Source: Thalia democratica (Eukaryota). From it: DNA of 64,000 bases. Positions 1 to 12,335 of the stretch are shown here, piece after piece. Under the pieces are notes generated by a model that was not told the DNA's origin, made no database searches, and was given only the letters and a program-made list of their open reading frames with translations. Where the stretch lies: positions 87,606,001 to 87,670,000 of the forward strand of contig OZ241826.1 in NCBI GenBank assembly GCA_965202585.1, given 5' to 3'. The position numbers and the translations under genes were made by a program. How positions within the stretch are numbered: the stretch's first letter is position 1; the number at the start of each line of letters is the position of its first letter.

Positions 1-330
1 CAAAAACAAAAAAAAATTAAAAAAGAGGTACGAACATAGGGTAGGCGGTATCAGTAATACTAAAAAAAATAAAAAAAAAAAGCAATAAGATATTGACTGA
101 GGGTAAGGACTAGGGGTAACAATGATAGTAAAAAAAAGCTAATTATAATAGAAAACCAGTAAAATAAATAAAAAATTCAACCCGTACTAATAAGTCTCAA
201 TTGAGTAGTCAATATTATCTACTCGTGCAGAAGAGTCTTCGTGCAAAAGTTACCCTTCATGCAAAAATGTCTTCGTGCAATTTTATCTTTGTGAAATTTT
301 GTTCTCTCGTGCAAGTTTGACAGCTACCCG
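1..330 (-). mobile_element. Partial copy of a dispersed non-autonomous element family with TTTTGCACGA sub-terminal repeats
   Basis: Repeated TCGTGCAA motifs at ~220-315 end in GACAGCTACCC, the reverse complement of the GGGTAGTTGTC start at ~33838. GGGTAAGG motifs match the internal CCTTACCCTC of other copies. Confidence 0.7.
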
Positions 331-710
331 TAAAAATTAGCTATATTATCAAATTTTTCAAGGTTTAATAGTGATATAGTAATAAATTCCAGGCTTTTAT
401 AGCTAAAAGAGTTAAATTTCATGACTCCAGGTTTTGTCAATCTTATTAAAACTATTAGATGAAATTGATGTCCTTTTTTTTTAATTTATTATATATATTA
501 ACTTATATATTAACTTGAAAATAAGTAAAACACTTAAACTCTAAAATTTCACAAAATAAGTAAAAACTAGATACCAACCCGTTTAAGGTCTTCAAAATGC
601 ATCTTGATTGTGGCTTGATGAATAAATGGTAAATATTTATTGATCGTCATGTGACAATTGAAATATTTTTATAGTTATTTCAGTTCAGTTTATGTTCTCA
701 GAAGGAATTT

Positions 711-2185
711 TTATAATGACCAAGACGTAAAAAAATAGTCTAATGATAATTTAAGTAAACTGATCAACAGAAACAAATCAAAAAGCAACTGTAACTTGTG
801 AACCCAAAATTTAACTGTTTTAGCAACTCTGAACAACAAACAAACAAATTTTTCAGAAGCTATCTTAAAACACTCAAAATGACGGCTGAAATATCCCTTG
901 ACGTGCTTCAAGCTATTATAGTAAAATAAACATAAAGACAAAATGCATATGGTGAGACCAATCATCAAAAACACTATGTTGCATTTATCTGAAAACCAGT
1001 AAAATTCTCCGTAGTTCAAACCTCCGAAGAAGTACTTTAAAGCTGGCGGCAGGAACTCCTCCGGCACGCTCTTCGTGTGGGCGAATAAATCTGCGTGCAG
1101 CGAAAAAGCGAAGAAGAGAAGGGTTAGCGGTGTTGTCAAGCTCGCCGAAAAATTGGTTTTCAGAAGGTCAAAGAGTTTTGCGTAGGCTGGCACGCTTGCG
1201 AATGTGGCGATAAGCTGACTAATTTTGCTAAGCCAGCACGATATCCACTGGGACCAGTTTTCATGGTCAAGCGGTTCGAATCCGAATGAGGTTATGACAT
1301 AATCTAAACAACTGTTTCCGATAATACTGCTAACTGTGTTTTTCATGTTTATCTCATTAAGTACAACACACTTTACGAAGCCGTAGAATGTAGCGCCTAC
1401 TTTCCGGAAACTCCATATAAAGATTATATGCATAAATATTAGCATAAACCATCCTTTCCACGTTTTAGAGTCTTTTAATTGTTTTTCTTTTGCTTTCATC
1501 TCCACCAATTCTCCACGCATTTTTTGAAGCTGTTCATTTGAACGATCATACTTAATTTGAAGATTATTCATAGACTTTTTATTCTCTTTAAATATGTCAA
1601 GCGTTTTACTTAACTCTTTAGTTGTTTCTTCTTCTGCGAGCACCTTTCTTTCAAAATCTTCTATTTCCTCGCTGATGTTCTTGCTAATCAACCAGTAAGT
1701 TGTTGTACAATAAAAATTATTGCAAGATCCGTAGCACTCATAAAATCTTTTGAGAGACAGTCCAATTTTAAGGACTCCACTCAGAATTTGCACATACAAC
1801 CCTACATAGCCATCTACATAACCTATGAACCAAAACACTGCATAAGACAAAAATGTCATTATAGCTGTTGCTGTTTTTATGTTTTCTGTCAATTTAGAAT
1901 CGCCTATACAGGTATACCATAACCAAGCTATTGCTGTGAAGACTGAGCACTGGGTGTAATAGAAAATGTTCTTAATACCGAAGTCTATCCACTCTGAGCT
2001 GTAGTCACCAGCAGTCTTAGCGTAAGTGAGTAAACCAAATATCCATCGAACAAGAATCATCACTACAATAAAAAGTTCATGAAGAAAAGGTATGTTGTTT
2101 TTGTATCTGAATTTTGAAAGAAATGGAAATAACAAAAGAAAAATTCAAAAAGAAATGAACTAATTCGTCTAAAATTTGTTTCCAT
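711..2185 (-). CDS. Divergent GPR89/Golgi pH regulator (GPHR/GTG)-like multi-pass membrane protein, intronless; probable 5' frameshift
   Basis: The 474-aa ORF has hydrophobic helices flanking a coiled-coil loop. SKTWKGWF, WSQWISCWL, SVPEEF and GLNYGEFYWFSD fall in the same order as GPR89 motifs (SKTxKG, WSQHISF, SMPxEY, FYHRWFD). The ORF starts at TTG 2135. The nearest ATG (2185, METNFRRISSFLFEFF) is 50 nt upstream and out of frame across T-runs. Confidence 0.7.
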
Positions 2186-2339
2186 TTTAAATATAGTTCA
2201 TTTACTATTTTGTAACTATCTGAAAATAAATTATTATGCTTAAAACTTTTACTAAACTAATTTAAAAAGTTAAATATATTTTCTAAATTTATGTACCTTT
2301 CTTAACGTAACAACACAATAAAGTGTATATATTATTTAA

Positions 2340-2507
2340 AAACTTACACTAGGTGTTTATGAGTTGATAATAAAGGGCAAAAAAATAATAAAGTATGTCA
2401 TTTTACAGTTTTAATGGTAGTTATTTGAAAACTATTTTTCGAGGGTACCATAGCTTTTTTAATTTATTTTATGGGGGACTTTTCAAAGAAAGTTTGGTAA
2501 ACCCTGA
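2340..2507 (+). mobile_element. 3' part of a hAT-like MITE (family of 31011-31270)
   Basis: TTTACAGTTTTAATGGTAG...CCATAGCTTTTT...AAGTTTGGTAAACCCTG parallels 3937-4035 and the 3' half of 31011-31270. Confidence 0.55.
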
Positions 2508-2875
2508 TCTAAATAAAAAATAAGCTTAATAGTGTGCTATTGGGTTAATTAAGTACCTTCTTTATAAAAAAAATTGAATAAAATTAAAGTTATGAGTCAA
2601 GATTTAAATGGATACGAGAACTATTTAATTTTATAAAGCATATATATAATAAACAATTTCCAAAATGAAATAAAAAAATACAAATGGTAGTTTATAACAA
2701 ATATCAACAAAAGCATTAACAAAACTGAGAATAAATGAAAAAGGCGAAATTTATTTTATTTTAAACTAAAAGGGTTGCCAAATTTTTTTGAGAAATTAAT
2801 TTTAGGGGTTTATAAGTACATGTTTGTAAGTATGATTTTATTTTAAAGCTAACTGAACACTGGTATTTAATAACT

Positions 2876-3270
2876 CAGGGCTGCCAAACTTTTTGGGCAA
2901 ATTTTCTCCAGGTTTTCAAAATTTCTTCCGAGTTATTAAAATTACATATTTAGGGGCTATTTTTAGTTAAAAAATAAATTTAAGTTAAAGTACTGTGTTC
3001 AATAGTATAATGACATTAAAAAGGTATTTTAAAGGTTCTTTAAATGTGCTTTCTTAAAAAAATAGTATTTTAAAATGACATCAAATCATACCTATACAAC
3101 AGATTTTAAGTGATAAATAAAAAATTTACTACTTAACTTCTGAAGTTGTTTAAAATTCAATGTTTTTCCAGGTATTTAATAAATTTTCATTGAAAAGTTT
3201 AGGTTTTTAGTTTTAAGTGCTCAACATTCCAGGTTATTTTTTCAGTGTTTCAGGTTCTATGTTAACCCTG
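2876..3270. mobile_element. hAT-like MITE (CAGGG...CCCTG)
   Basis: Starts CAGGGCTGCCAAA and ends TGTTAACCCTG. The interior resembles the MITE-like segment inside the tandem units. No clean TSD. Confidence 0.55.
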
Positions 3271-3814
3271 ATAAGTGCTTGTTTGTTTCAAATTACTTTT
3301 TTTTGCTTAAGTAACTTTGTATATATTGTAAGGGGTTTGCATGATAAGCTTGCTATAAACAACAAATTTATATGAGAAAGATCCACGTAATTACTCGAGC
3401 TTGATGTGTTAAATAAAAAAAAATCAGTATTTCAATGTTTTATTTATTTAACTTTGCTGAACCTTGTTTATTGCAATATGAAACAACTAACTTTGTATTT
3501 AAGGTTTAACTTTAAATAAATGAAAAATGTAGTTAAATAGTAAAATTAAAATAAACCAAAAATGTTAAAACATTTATTTATTTTTTACAGAATTGATGTA
3601 ATATAATCATTTGTCTTAATTAAAAAGTTATGCTCAAATAACTGGACAGTAGGCATCTTATTTAAATAAAGTAGTTGTTCAGACTGTGTATTTATTCAGG
3701 TCTCGCTGAAAAAAAAACAGTTATTTTCGCTGAAGTATATTAAAGTGCTGAACTGCATTGAACAATCTTTTTTATTGTGTTTTCTAAAAACCTATTTATG
3801 CAGAAAAATCTAAA

Positions 3815-4035
3815 TTAAGTTTTCCCAAACTGAGCCATGTAGCTCCTTCGGGGCATCACAAAAATTTAGGAAATTAATTATTACTAGATATTCAGGAGTT
3901 GATAATTAAGATCAAAGAAATTTAAAATAAGGTCATTTTACGGTTTTAATGGTAGCTATTAAAGAAATAGTCTTGTAATGGCCATTGCTTTTTTATTTCT
4001 TTTAATTGAGCCTTTTCGAAAAAGTTTAGGAAACG
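3815..4035 (+). mobile_element. Degenerate hAT-like MITE (family of 31011-31270)
   Basis: TTTTCCCAAACTGAGCCATGTAGCTCC...CTAGATATTCAGGAGTTGAT...AAGTTTAGGAAAC is colinear with 31011-31270. Confidence 0.55.
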
Positions 4036-4049
4036 ATTATCTTTATGAA

Positions 4050-7000
4050 AAAACTAAAACTTTCAAGACCTTAAGCTTATTAGGGGTATTATTTAGTAAA
4101 CTTAGTACAGATTTTTAAACAAATTGAATTAAATTAATGTAATAAGTCAAATGTAAGTGGTTGTAATAACTTTAAAAAAATGTATATTCAAATTTTATTA
4201 AAATGAAGTTATAAAATATCTAAAAACTGTAACTTAAAACAAGAACTATTAAAAGCATTAACAAAACTCAAAATTAATGAAAAAGTTAAGACCTATTTTG
4301 TTTTAAACTAACAAGAATGCCAAAATTTTTAGAGGAAATTATTCTAGGTCTTCATAAATACAATTTTTTGGTCTATTTTTAGTTTAATGCTACTTTTAAG
4401 GTTAAAAACTGTGCATAGTAAACAAATAAACTTATAACTCAGTTTTATAGCATTCTGCCTTAAAACTTCTTTAACAATAGTAAAGTACCTTAAGTAAATT
4501 TAAATATGCATTAATGGAATATTTTATATTATTTAGTTGTTTGATATTTGATATGTTTGTACTATAATCAGAACTAAAAATAACATGCAGGCTGCTCGTA
4601 AAAGAACATTAAATAAATATTATAACTGATATAATAGGTTGTACTATTAATATAGTATAAAACTTAGTATAAATTTGTTTCGTTATTTTTAAAAACTTAA
4701 CTAAATTACGCAAAAAATATATAAAACTTTTTATCCATCAAAAAACATTTTTTGTTTTGTTCATCATGACAAACAATATATTTCACTTCTAATATTAAAC
4801 CTAAAGTAGTTCAATAAATACTTAATTAATAAATGTTTAATTCTCTATTTTAAAAACTAAGTTAACTCCAAGCATTTAAGAAGTACTTTAAATTTCATTC
4901 TTGCAATCAAGCTAGTTAATAAAAAGGAATCTAGTGTTTGCGCTAAAGAGCAGTAGCGGTATTCAATTAAAAATTATAATTTTAAATGCAAAACCTATTT
5001 TGTTTTAAACACACAGTGTACATGACAATTCAAACTCGGACAATTCAAATTCCGACAATTCAAATTTGAATAAAATATTTAAAAATTTACATGTCAATAA
5101 GTAATATAAATATGATAAAAATAAAATATACATATGTAAATCTTATAAATATCTACAAGCCACTATTTTTTTTGCAAAATCTGAAATATTTTTCAAAAAA
5201 ACTTATAATTTCCAAAAAAAAACATACTTTTTACATTATTCGAGCCATATCTAAAAAAATATTTAATATTTTGCAAAAAGAAAAAATGTCTTTTAGATAT
5301 TAATATGACCTACTTATGTATTTTAGATATATGACAGATATACATTACTTTTTTATTTGAGGCTGTTCAATTTTTTTTAATTTAAGTTAGCCGAATTTGA
5401 ATTATCCGAATTTGAATAGTCGTGCACCAACAAACAGAAATGCTTTTTTTAATTTGAGAAATTTATTTTATGTTTTTAAAAGTACATATTTTAGGACTTT
5501 TTTTAATTTAAGGCTATTTTTAAGGTTAAAAACTGTGCAAAGTAATATAACAACATTGAATAAATACTGTTAAGCTGTTCTAGATATGTTTCTAATAAAA
5601 AGAAACTTTGATGAGGACAAAAAGTTGTATCTATTTAGTAAATTGGTGTAATATTAAAAATTCACTGCTTAAAATGTAAAACTGTTTAAAATTTCCAGGT
5701 ATTTATGTTATTGTTGTTCAAAATTTCTTTTTTTTTTACTGATTTAATAAAAAAAATGTTATTTTTCAAAATTTATCAAACTCCAGGTTTTTTTAACATA
5801 AATTGTCAAACTCAGGGTTTATTCTAGTGTTCTAGTTTTTTTAGTAACTAATAATTATTATAAAAGTTAAAATAATTCTTAAATTTGTTTAAACTTATGA
5901 ATTATCCAAAAGTTTGCTTTAGACAACATTAGTTTTACAAAACTAAATAAGAACTCAAAACTTATTTTCTACTAGTATTGTATACTTACTTAAGTCTTAC
6001 CTGTTTTCCAAATTACTAATAAAATTTTGCTCATGTGTATACCTGAGTTCATTAGTTCTGTTTTTTTGATGATACTAATAAGGGTTTTTTTAAGAACAAA
6101 ATTCATGTTATTTTTAGTACTGATTATAGTAGCAAAATATTAAATACCAAACAAGAAAACATTATAAAAACTTTATAATTACATATTTAAACTTACTTAA
6201 GGTATTAACTTGTTTTTAAAACAGAGTGTATAAAACTTAGTTATAAGTTTATTTATAAACTTTTAAAATCTAAATTTTAAGCAAAAACTAAAATAAACTT
6301 GTGAAATTTTTAATTTATCAATTTAAAACAAAAATCTTTGTTTTTTTGATTATGACAAAAAATATATTTCTACATCTAATATTAAATCTAAAGTAGCTCC
6401 ATTAATAAATACAGAATAAATATTTAATTCTCATTTTTTTACAAACTAAGTTAACTTCATAATTTTAAGAAAAACAAATTTTATTTTTGATATCATTCTT
6501 GCAAACAAGCTAGTTAATAAAAAAGTACTTAGTGATGGCGCTAAAGAGCAGTAACATTACTAAATTGTAAATTATAAGTTAAAATTCAAAACCTGTTTTG
6601 TTTCAAAATTCAATTTTCTACTAGTTTAATACAACATTTGGTATTTTTCAAAATTTATCAAATTTCAGGCTATTCTAAGTTTTTTTTAACCTAAATTGTC
6701 AAACTCAGCTTTTTTTGCAACCCTTAACTAATAGAAAAATAATAGCCGGAATAAATGTAGAACTATTCTAAACATAATTTTAAACTGAATTATGGATTTC
6801 TCAATAGAGTGAATTTTAACAACATTAGTTTTACAAAATTAAATGAATAGGTCAAAACTTACTTTGTACTAGTATTGTATACTTACTTAAATCTAACCTG
6901 CTTTCCGAATGACTAACTAAAAGTTGCTCCTGGGTATACCTGAGCTCAATAATTTTGTTTTATTGATGATACTTTATTAGTACTTGGTCAGAGTATTAAT

Positions 7001-10000
7001 AAAGTTTCATTTAGAAACATCCTGCATGTTATTTTTAGTACTGATTATTGTATCAAAATATTAAATACTAAACAATAAAATTTGGTAACAAAATTATAAT
7101 TACATTTTTAATTTGAGGTATTAACTTGTTTTTAAAACAGGTTGTATAAAACTAAGTTATAAGTTTGTTTATAAAATTTTAAAAACTTACCTTTTCAAAG
7201 CTAAAACAAATTTTTGACATTTTATTTTATAAATTTAAAACAACAATCTTTGTTTTTTCAATATGGCAAATCATTTACATCTGATGTTATTATTAATAAT
7301 AAATTAGCTCCAAAAATACTTAAGTAATAAATATTTATTTCTCTACTTTAAAAAAACCAAGTGAACTCTAAACTTTTAAGAAATTAAAATAGTTTTTTGA
7401 TATCATTTTCGCAATAAAAGGAGTTAATAAGAATGTACTTAGTGTTGGCGCTAAAGAGCAGTAACGTTAATAAATTATAAATTATGAGTTTAAATTCAAC
7501 ACCTATTTTGTTTCAAACTCAAAAAAAAGCTTTTTTTTTTTTGAGAAATCTCTTTCCGGTTTTTATAAGTACATATAAGTATGCAAAGTACTATAACAAC
7601 ACTTAATATATACTGTAAAGCTATTCTGAATATTTTTTTAATAAAAAAATTGATGATGACAAAAACATTTATATATATGATAGATTTTTGTGTAGTATTA
7701 AAAAGTAACTACTTAATTGTATACTTGTTTAAAATTCCATTTTTTACTGATTTAATACAACATTAGGTATTTTTCAAAATTTGTCAAATTTCAGGCTATT
7801 TAAGGTTTTTTTAACTCAGGTCAAACTCAGCTATTTTAGCAACCCTTAACTAATATAAAAATCACAGTTGGAATACATGTACAGCTTTCTAAAAAATACT
7901 TAAAACTATTCTAAAAATTCATTTAAACTGAGTTATGAATTTTTCAATAGATTGAATTTAAGGAACATTAGTTTAATATAATTAAATAAGAAATTAAAAC
8001 TTTTGTTCTACTAGTATTGTATACTTATTTAAGTCCTACCTGTTTTCAAAATTACTAATAAAAATTTACTCCTGTGTATACCTGAGTTCATTAATTATGT
8101 TTTTTGATGATACTTTATTAGTACTTGGTCAGAGTATTAGTAAGGGTTCTTTAAAGAACAAAATACATGTTATTTTTAGTACTGATTATGGTAGCAAAAT
8201 ATTAAATACCAAACAAAAAAACATGATAAAAACACTATAATTACATATTTAAACTTACTTGAGGTATTAACTTGTTTATAAAACAGGTGTATAAAACTTA
8301 GTTATAAGTTTATTTATAAACTTTTAAAAGCTAAACTTTAAGGAAAAAACTAAAATAAATTTGAGACATTTTTAATCTATCAATTTAAAACAAAAATTTT
8401 TGTTTTTTGATTATGACCAACAAAATACTTCTACATCCAATATAAAATCTAAAGTAGCTCCATAAATACTTAAAGAATATTATTAAGTTCCCTTTTTTGA
8501 AAACTATGTTAACTTCATACTTTTAAGAAGATAAAGTAGTATTTTTGATATCATTCTTGCTCTCAAGCTAGTTAATAAAAATGTACTTAGTGGTGGCTCT
8601 AAAGAGCAGTAATGTTATTTAATTATGAATTACAAGTTTAAATTCAACACCTATTTTGTTTCAAAATCAAAGAGATGCCATTTTTTTGAGAAATTACTTT
8701 TCGGTCTTTATAACTATATATAACAATGCAAATTACTATAACAACACTAAATATATACTGTCAGGCTATTCTTAATATTTCTTAATAAAAAAATTGATGA
8801 AGACAAAAACATTTATACATATGGTAGATTTTTGGGTAATTTTAAAAATTTACTACTTAATTGTAAACTTGTTTGAAATTTCAGGTTTTTTAGTAATTTT
8901 GTTTTAAAATTCCATTTTATACTGATTTGATACAACATTTTATTATTTAAAAAAATATCAAATTTCAGGCTATTCCAGGTTTTTTTAACATAAACTGTCA
9001 AACTTAGCTTTTTTAGCAACCCTTAACTAATATAAAAATTTTTATTAAAAATCACAGTTAGAATAAATGTAGAACGTTCTAAAAAATCTTTTAAAACTAT
9101 AATAAAAATTTATTTAAACTAAATTATGAATTTTTTAATATATTGAAATAAAACAACATTAGTTTTCCAAAATTAAGTAGTAAGTCAAAACTTTTTTTGT
9201 ACTAGTATTTTATACTTACTCAAATCTAACTTTTTGTTTAAATTACTAATAAAAATTTGCTCCTGTGTATACCTCAGTTCATTAATAATGTTTTTCTATG
9301 ATACTTTATTAGTACTTGGTTCGAGTACTTATAAACCTTCTTCTAAGAACAAAATACATGTTACTTGTAGTACTGGTTATTGTATAAAAATATTAAATAC
9401 CAAACAACAAAACATGATAAAAACAACATAAGGACATATTTAAAATTACTTGCGGTATTAACTTGTTTTTAAAACAAGGTGTATAAAACTTTATTATAAG
9501 TTTAATTATAAACTTTTAAAAACTAAACTATAAGCAAAAACTAAAATGTATTTGTGACATTTTTAATCTATCAATTTAAAACAACAATCTTTGTTTTTTT
9601 GATTATGACAAACAATATACTTCTACATCTAATATAAATTAGCTCTATAAATACTTAAAAAATTATTATCAAGTTCTCTTTCTTTAAAAACTAAGTTAAC
9701 TTCATACTCTTGAGAAGATAAAGTAGTATTTTGAATATCATTCTTGCAACCAAGCTAGTTAATAAAAAAGAACATAGTGTTGGCGCTAAAGAGCAGTAAT
9801 GTTATTAAATTAAAAATTATAATTTAAATTTAACACCTTTTTTGTTTCAAACTCAAAGAAATGCCTTTTTTTAAGAAATTTTTTTTCCGGTTTTTATAAG
9901 TACATATAAATATGCAAAGTACTATAACAACACTAAATATATACTGTCAGGCTATTCTAAATATTTTCTTAATAAAAAAGATGATAATGACAAAAACATT

Positions 10001-11010
10001 TATACATATGGTAGATTTTTGGGTAATATTAAAAATTTACTACTTAATTGTAAACTTGATTAAAATTTCAGAATTTTTATAATTTTTTGTTTTAAAATTC
10101 TATTTTTTAACTGATTTATTACTACATTTATTTTTTTTTTAATTTATCAATTTTCAGGCTATTCCAGGTTTTTTAACATAAATTTTCAAACTCAGCTTTT
10201 TTAGCAACCCTTAACTAATATAATAATCACAGTTGGAATAAATGTAAAACTTTCTAGAAAATACATAAAATTATTTTAAACATTTATTTAAACTAAATTA
10301 TGAGTTATTCAATAGATTGAATTTTAGCAACATTAATTTTACAAAACTAAATGAAAAGTCAAAACTTGTTTTGTACTAGTATTGCATACTTACTTAAATC
10401 TTATCTGTTACTAAAATTACTAATAAAAATTTGCCCCTGTATATACCTGAGTTTATTAATTCTGTTTTTTTGATGATACTTTATTAGTACTTGGTCCGAG
10501 TACTAATAAACCTTCTTTTAAGAACAAAATACATGTTATTTTCAGTACTGATTCTGGTAGCAAAAAATTAAATACCAATGAACAAAATATGGTTAAAAAC
10601 ATTATAGATACATATTTAAACTTACTTGAGGTATTAACTTGTTTTTAAAACAGGGTGCGAAAAACTTAGTTATAGGTTTAAAATAAAATATAAAAACTAA
10701 ACTTTAAGCAAAGATTAAAACAAAATTGTGACATTTTTAGTCTATAAATATATAAAACCATCTTTATTTTTTTCATTATGGCAAACCATGTACTTCTATT
10801 TTTGATATTAAACCTAAAGTATATCCATAAATACTTAAATAATAAATGTCTATATTTCTTTTTATATAACTGACTTAGCTTAGAAGATAAAAACAGCATT
10901 TTTCATATAGTTTCAATCAAGCTAATTAATAAAAAAACTATTTGTAGTCAGTGCTAAAGAGCACTAATTTTTTTTAATTTTAAATTACAGTTTTTAAATT
11001 TTAGGAAAAT
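4050..11010. repeat. Diverged tandem array of ~1.17 kb units (about 6 copies)
   Basis: The landmark GCGCTAAAGAGCAGT or a variant occurs at 4940, 6538, 7448, 8596, 9783 and 10951 (spacings 1598, 910, 1148, 1187, 1168). GTATACCTGAG-like motifs recur at ~6038, 6934, 8076, 9268 and 10441. Confidence 0.9.
5017..5428. mobile_element. MULE-like MITE nested in one tandem unit
   Basis: ~37-bp imperfect TIRs built from GACAATTCAAA(C/T)TC(G/C)G repeats. Flanked by AACACACAG / AACAAACAG (8/9 match, 9-bp TSD-like). Its length accounts for the extra ~420 bp of this unit. Confidence 0.7.
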
Positions 11011-12335
11011 TAAATATAAAACGAGAGATTGCTTATAATAAATGATAAATAAGAGATTAACACCATTAATAATAGTGAAACAGTTTTAAATATTTAATAC
11101 TAAATTGTATTTTTAATAGGTTTGAATTTTTTTATTAAATTTTGTACCACTTTTTTCGTTTTATTTCATTTTTTTAGTTATTAAATATTGTAAAAGACTT
11201 AAAATTATAAACTTTTTCTTTCAATTCAGAAATTTTTACACTGTTAATAAACACTGTATATAGTTATTAATACGTTTAACATAAGAATAATTTTTTTTTG
11301 ACTTTAATTATTTGATCGAGCATAACATTTTTAGTTAAAAATTAACCTTTTGATAAGTATTTAGTACTAGGTGTTTAGTTATTTTAGCAAAATTAATATT
11401 ATTAAAACTCATCTTTTATGACTGTTATAAATATTACTTTACTTTGGACGTTTGTCAAATCTCGACTTGTGAACACTGAATAAGTTAAAGCTTTAAATAA
11501 TGCAAGACTAAAAACACAAAACTTTGAATAAAAATTTTTCTTGGTATAAATAAACTATACATATTTATAGTTAAAATATGGTAGCCATTTGAAAAGTTTT
11601 TTTTTATTAATGTGTTTTATAATGTTTTACAGAAATATGTACAGTAATTAAGTACACTTAACTAAGTTTACATTAGTTTCTAAATTATTCACTAAGGTGA
11701 GGAGGGCTAATAGCTATAAAAAACTTAACTACTGTTTGATGTGTAACATGTTTTACATTCAGTTTTATGTTGTTTAGTATTGTATCTTGTTGAGTAGTTT
11801 ATTATAAAGTATATCTTAGTTGAGTAGTTCTTTAACATCTTGAAGTGTAAATTACTATAAATTAAGTAAGTTTTATTAAAAAGTAACCTGATTGTTGTTG
11901 AATAAGTTGTGTTAACACAAAATAAATTTAAAAAGTTTTTATAGCTATCTTAAAAAAAAAAATGCATAAAATTCATAAAAAAGTTTTTAAAATGAATTAA
12001 TAAATTATAATAACATACTTATTAACTATTAATGATTTTTTAAAAGTAAAACACTTTTTCTGCACATCACTACTCACATTAAAAAACTCAAAAAAAAAAG
12101 AAACAACTTGATCTCAAATTAAATAATTATTATTTAGATTACTAAGAAGAACAATTAATAAGGTGAACACCAGAGGCAAATGTTTTATCTAAAGGACTAG
12201 AATATAAATTTAGCTTGACTCATGAATGACAGTTAAAAGTCTATCAGGGCAGTTTTTGGTCACTTAGAACTGTTTTTTTAAACAAAAAATTGCAGCCTTG
12301 AAAATCTATTGTAATTAGTTTAAACATAAATAATG

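Noticed and set aside
3330-3425. Possible LINE 3' end with A-rich tail
   Set aside because: Too short and with no ORF2 remnant, so it cannot be supported by eye.
5091-10899. Short ORF-track hits within the tandem array
   Set aside because: K/I/F/L/N-rich translations typical of AT-rich non-coding repeats; frames are not conserved between units.
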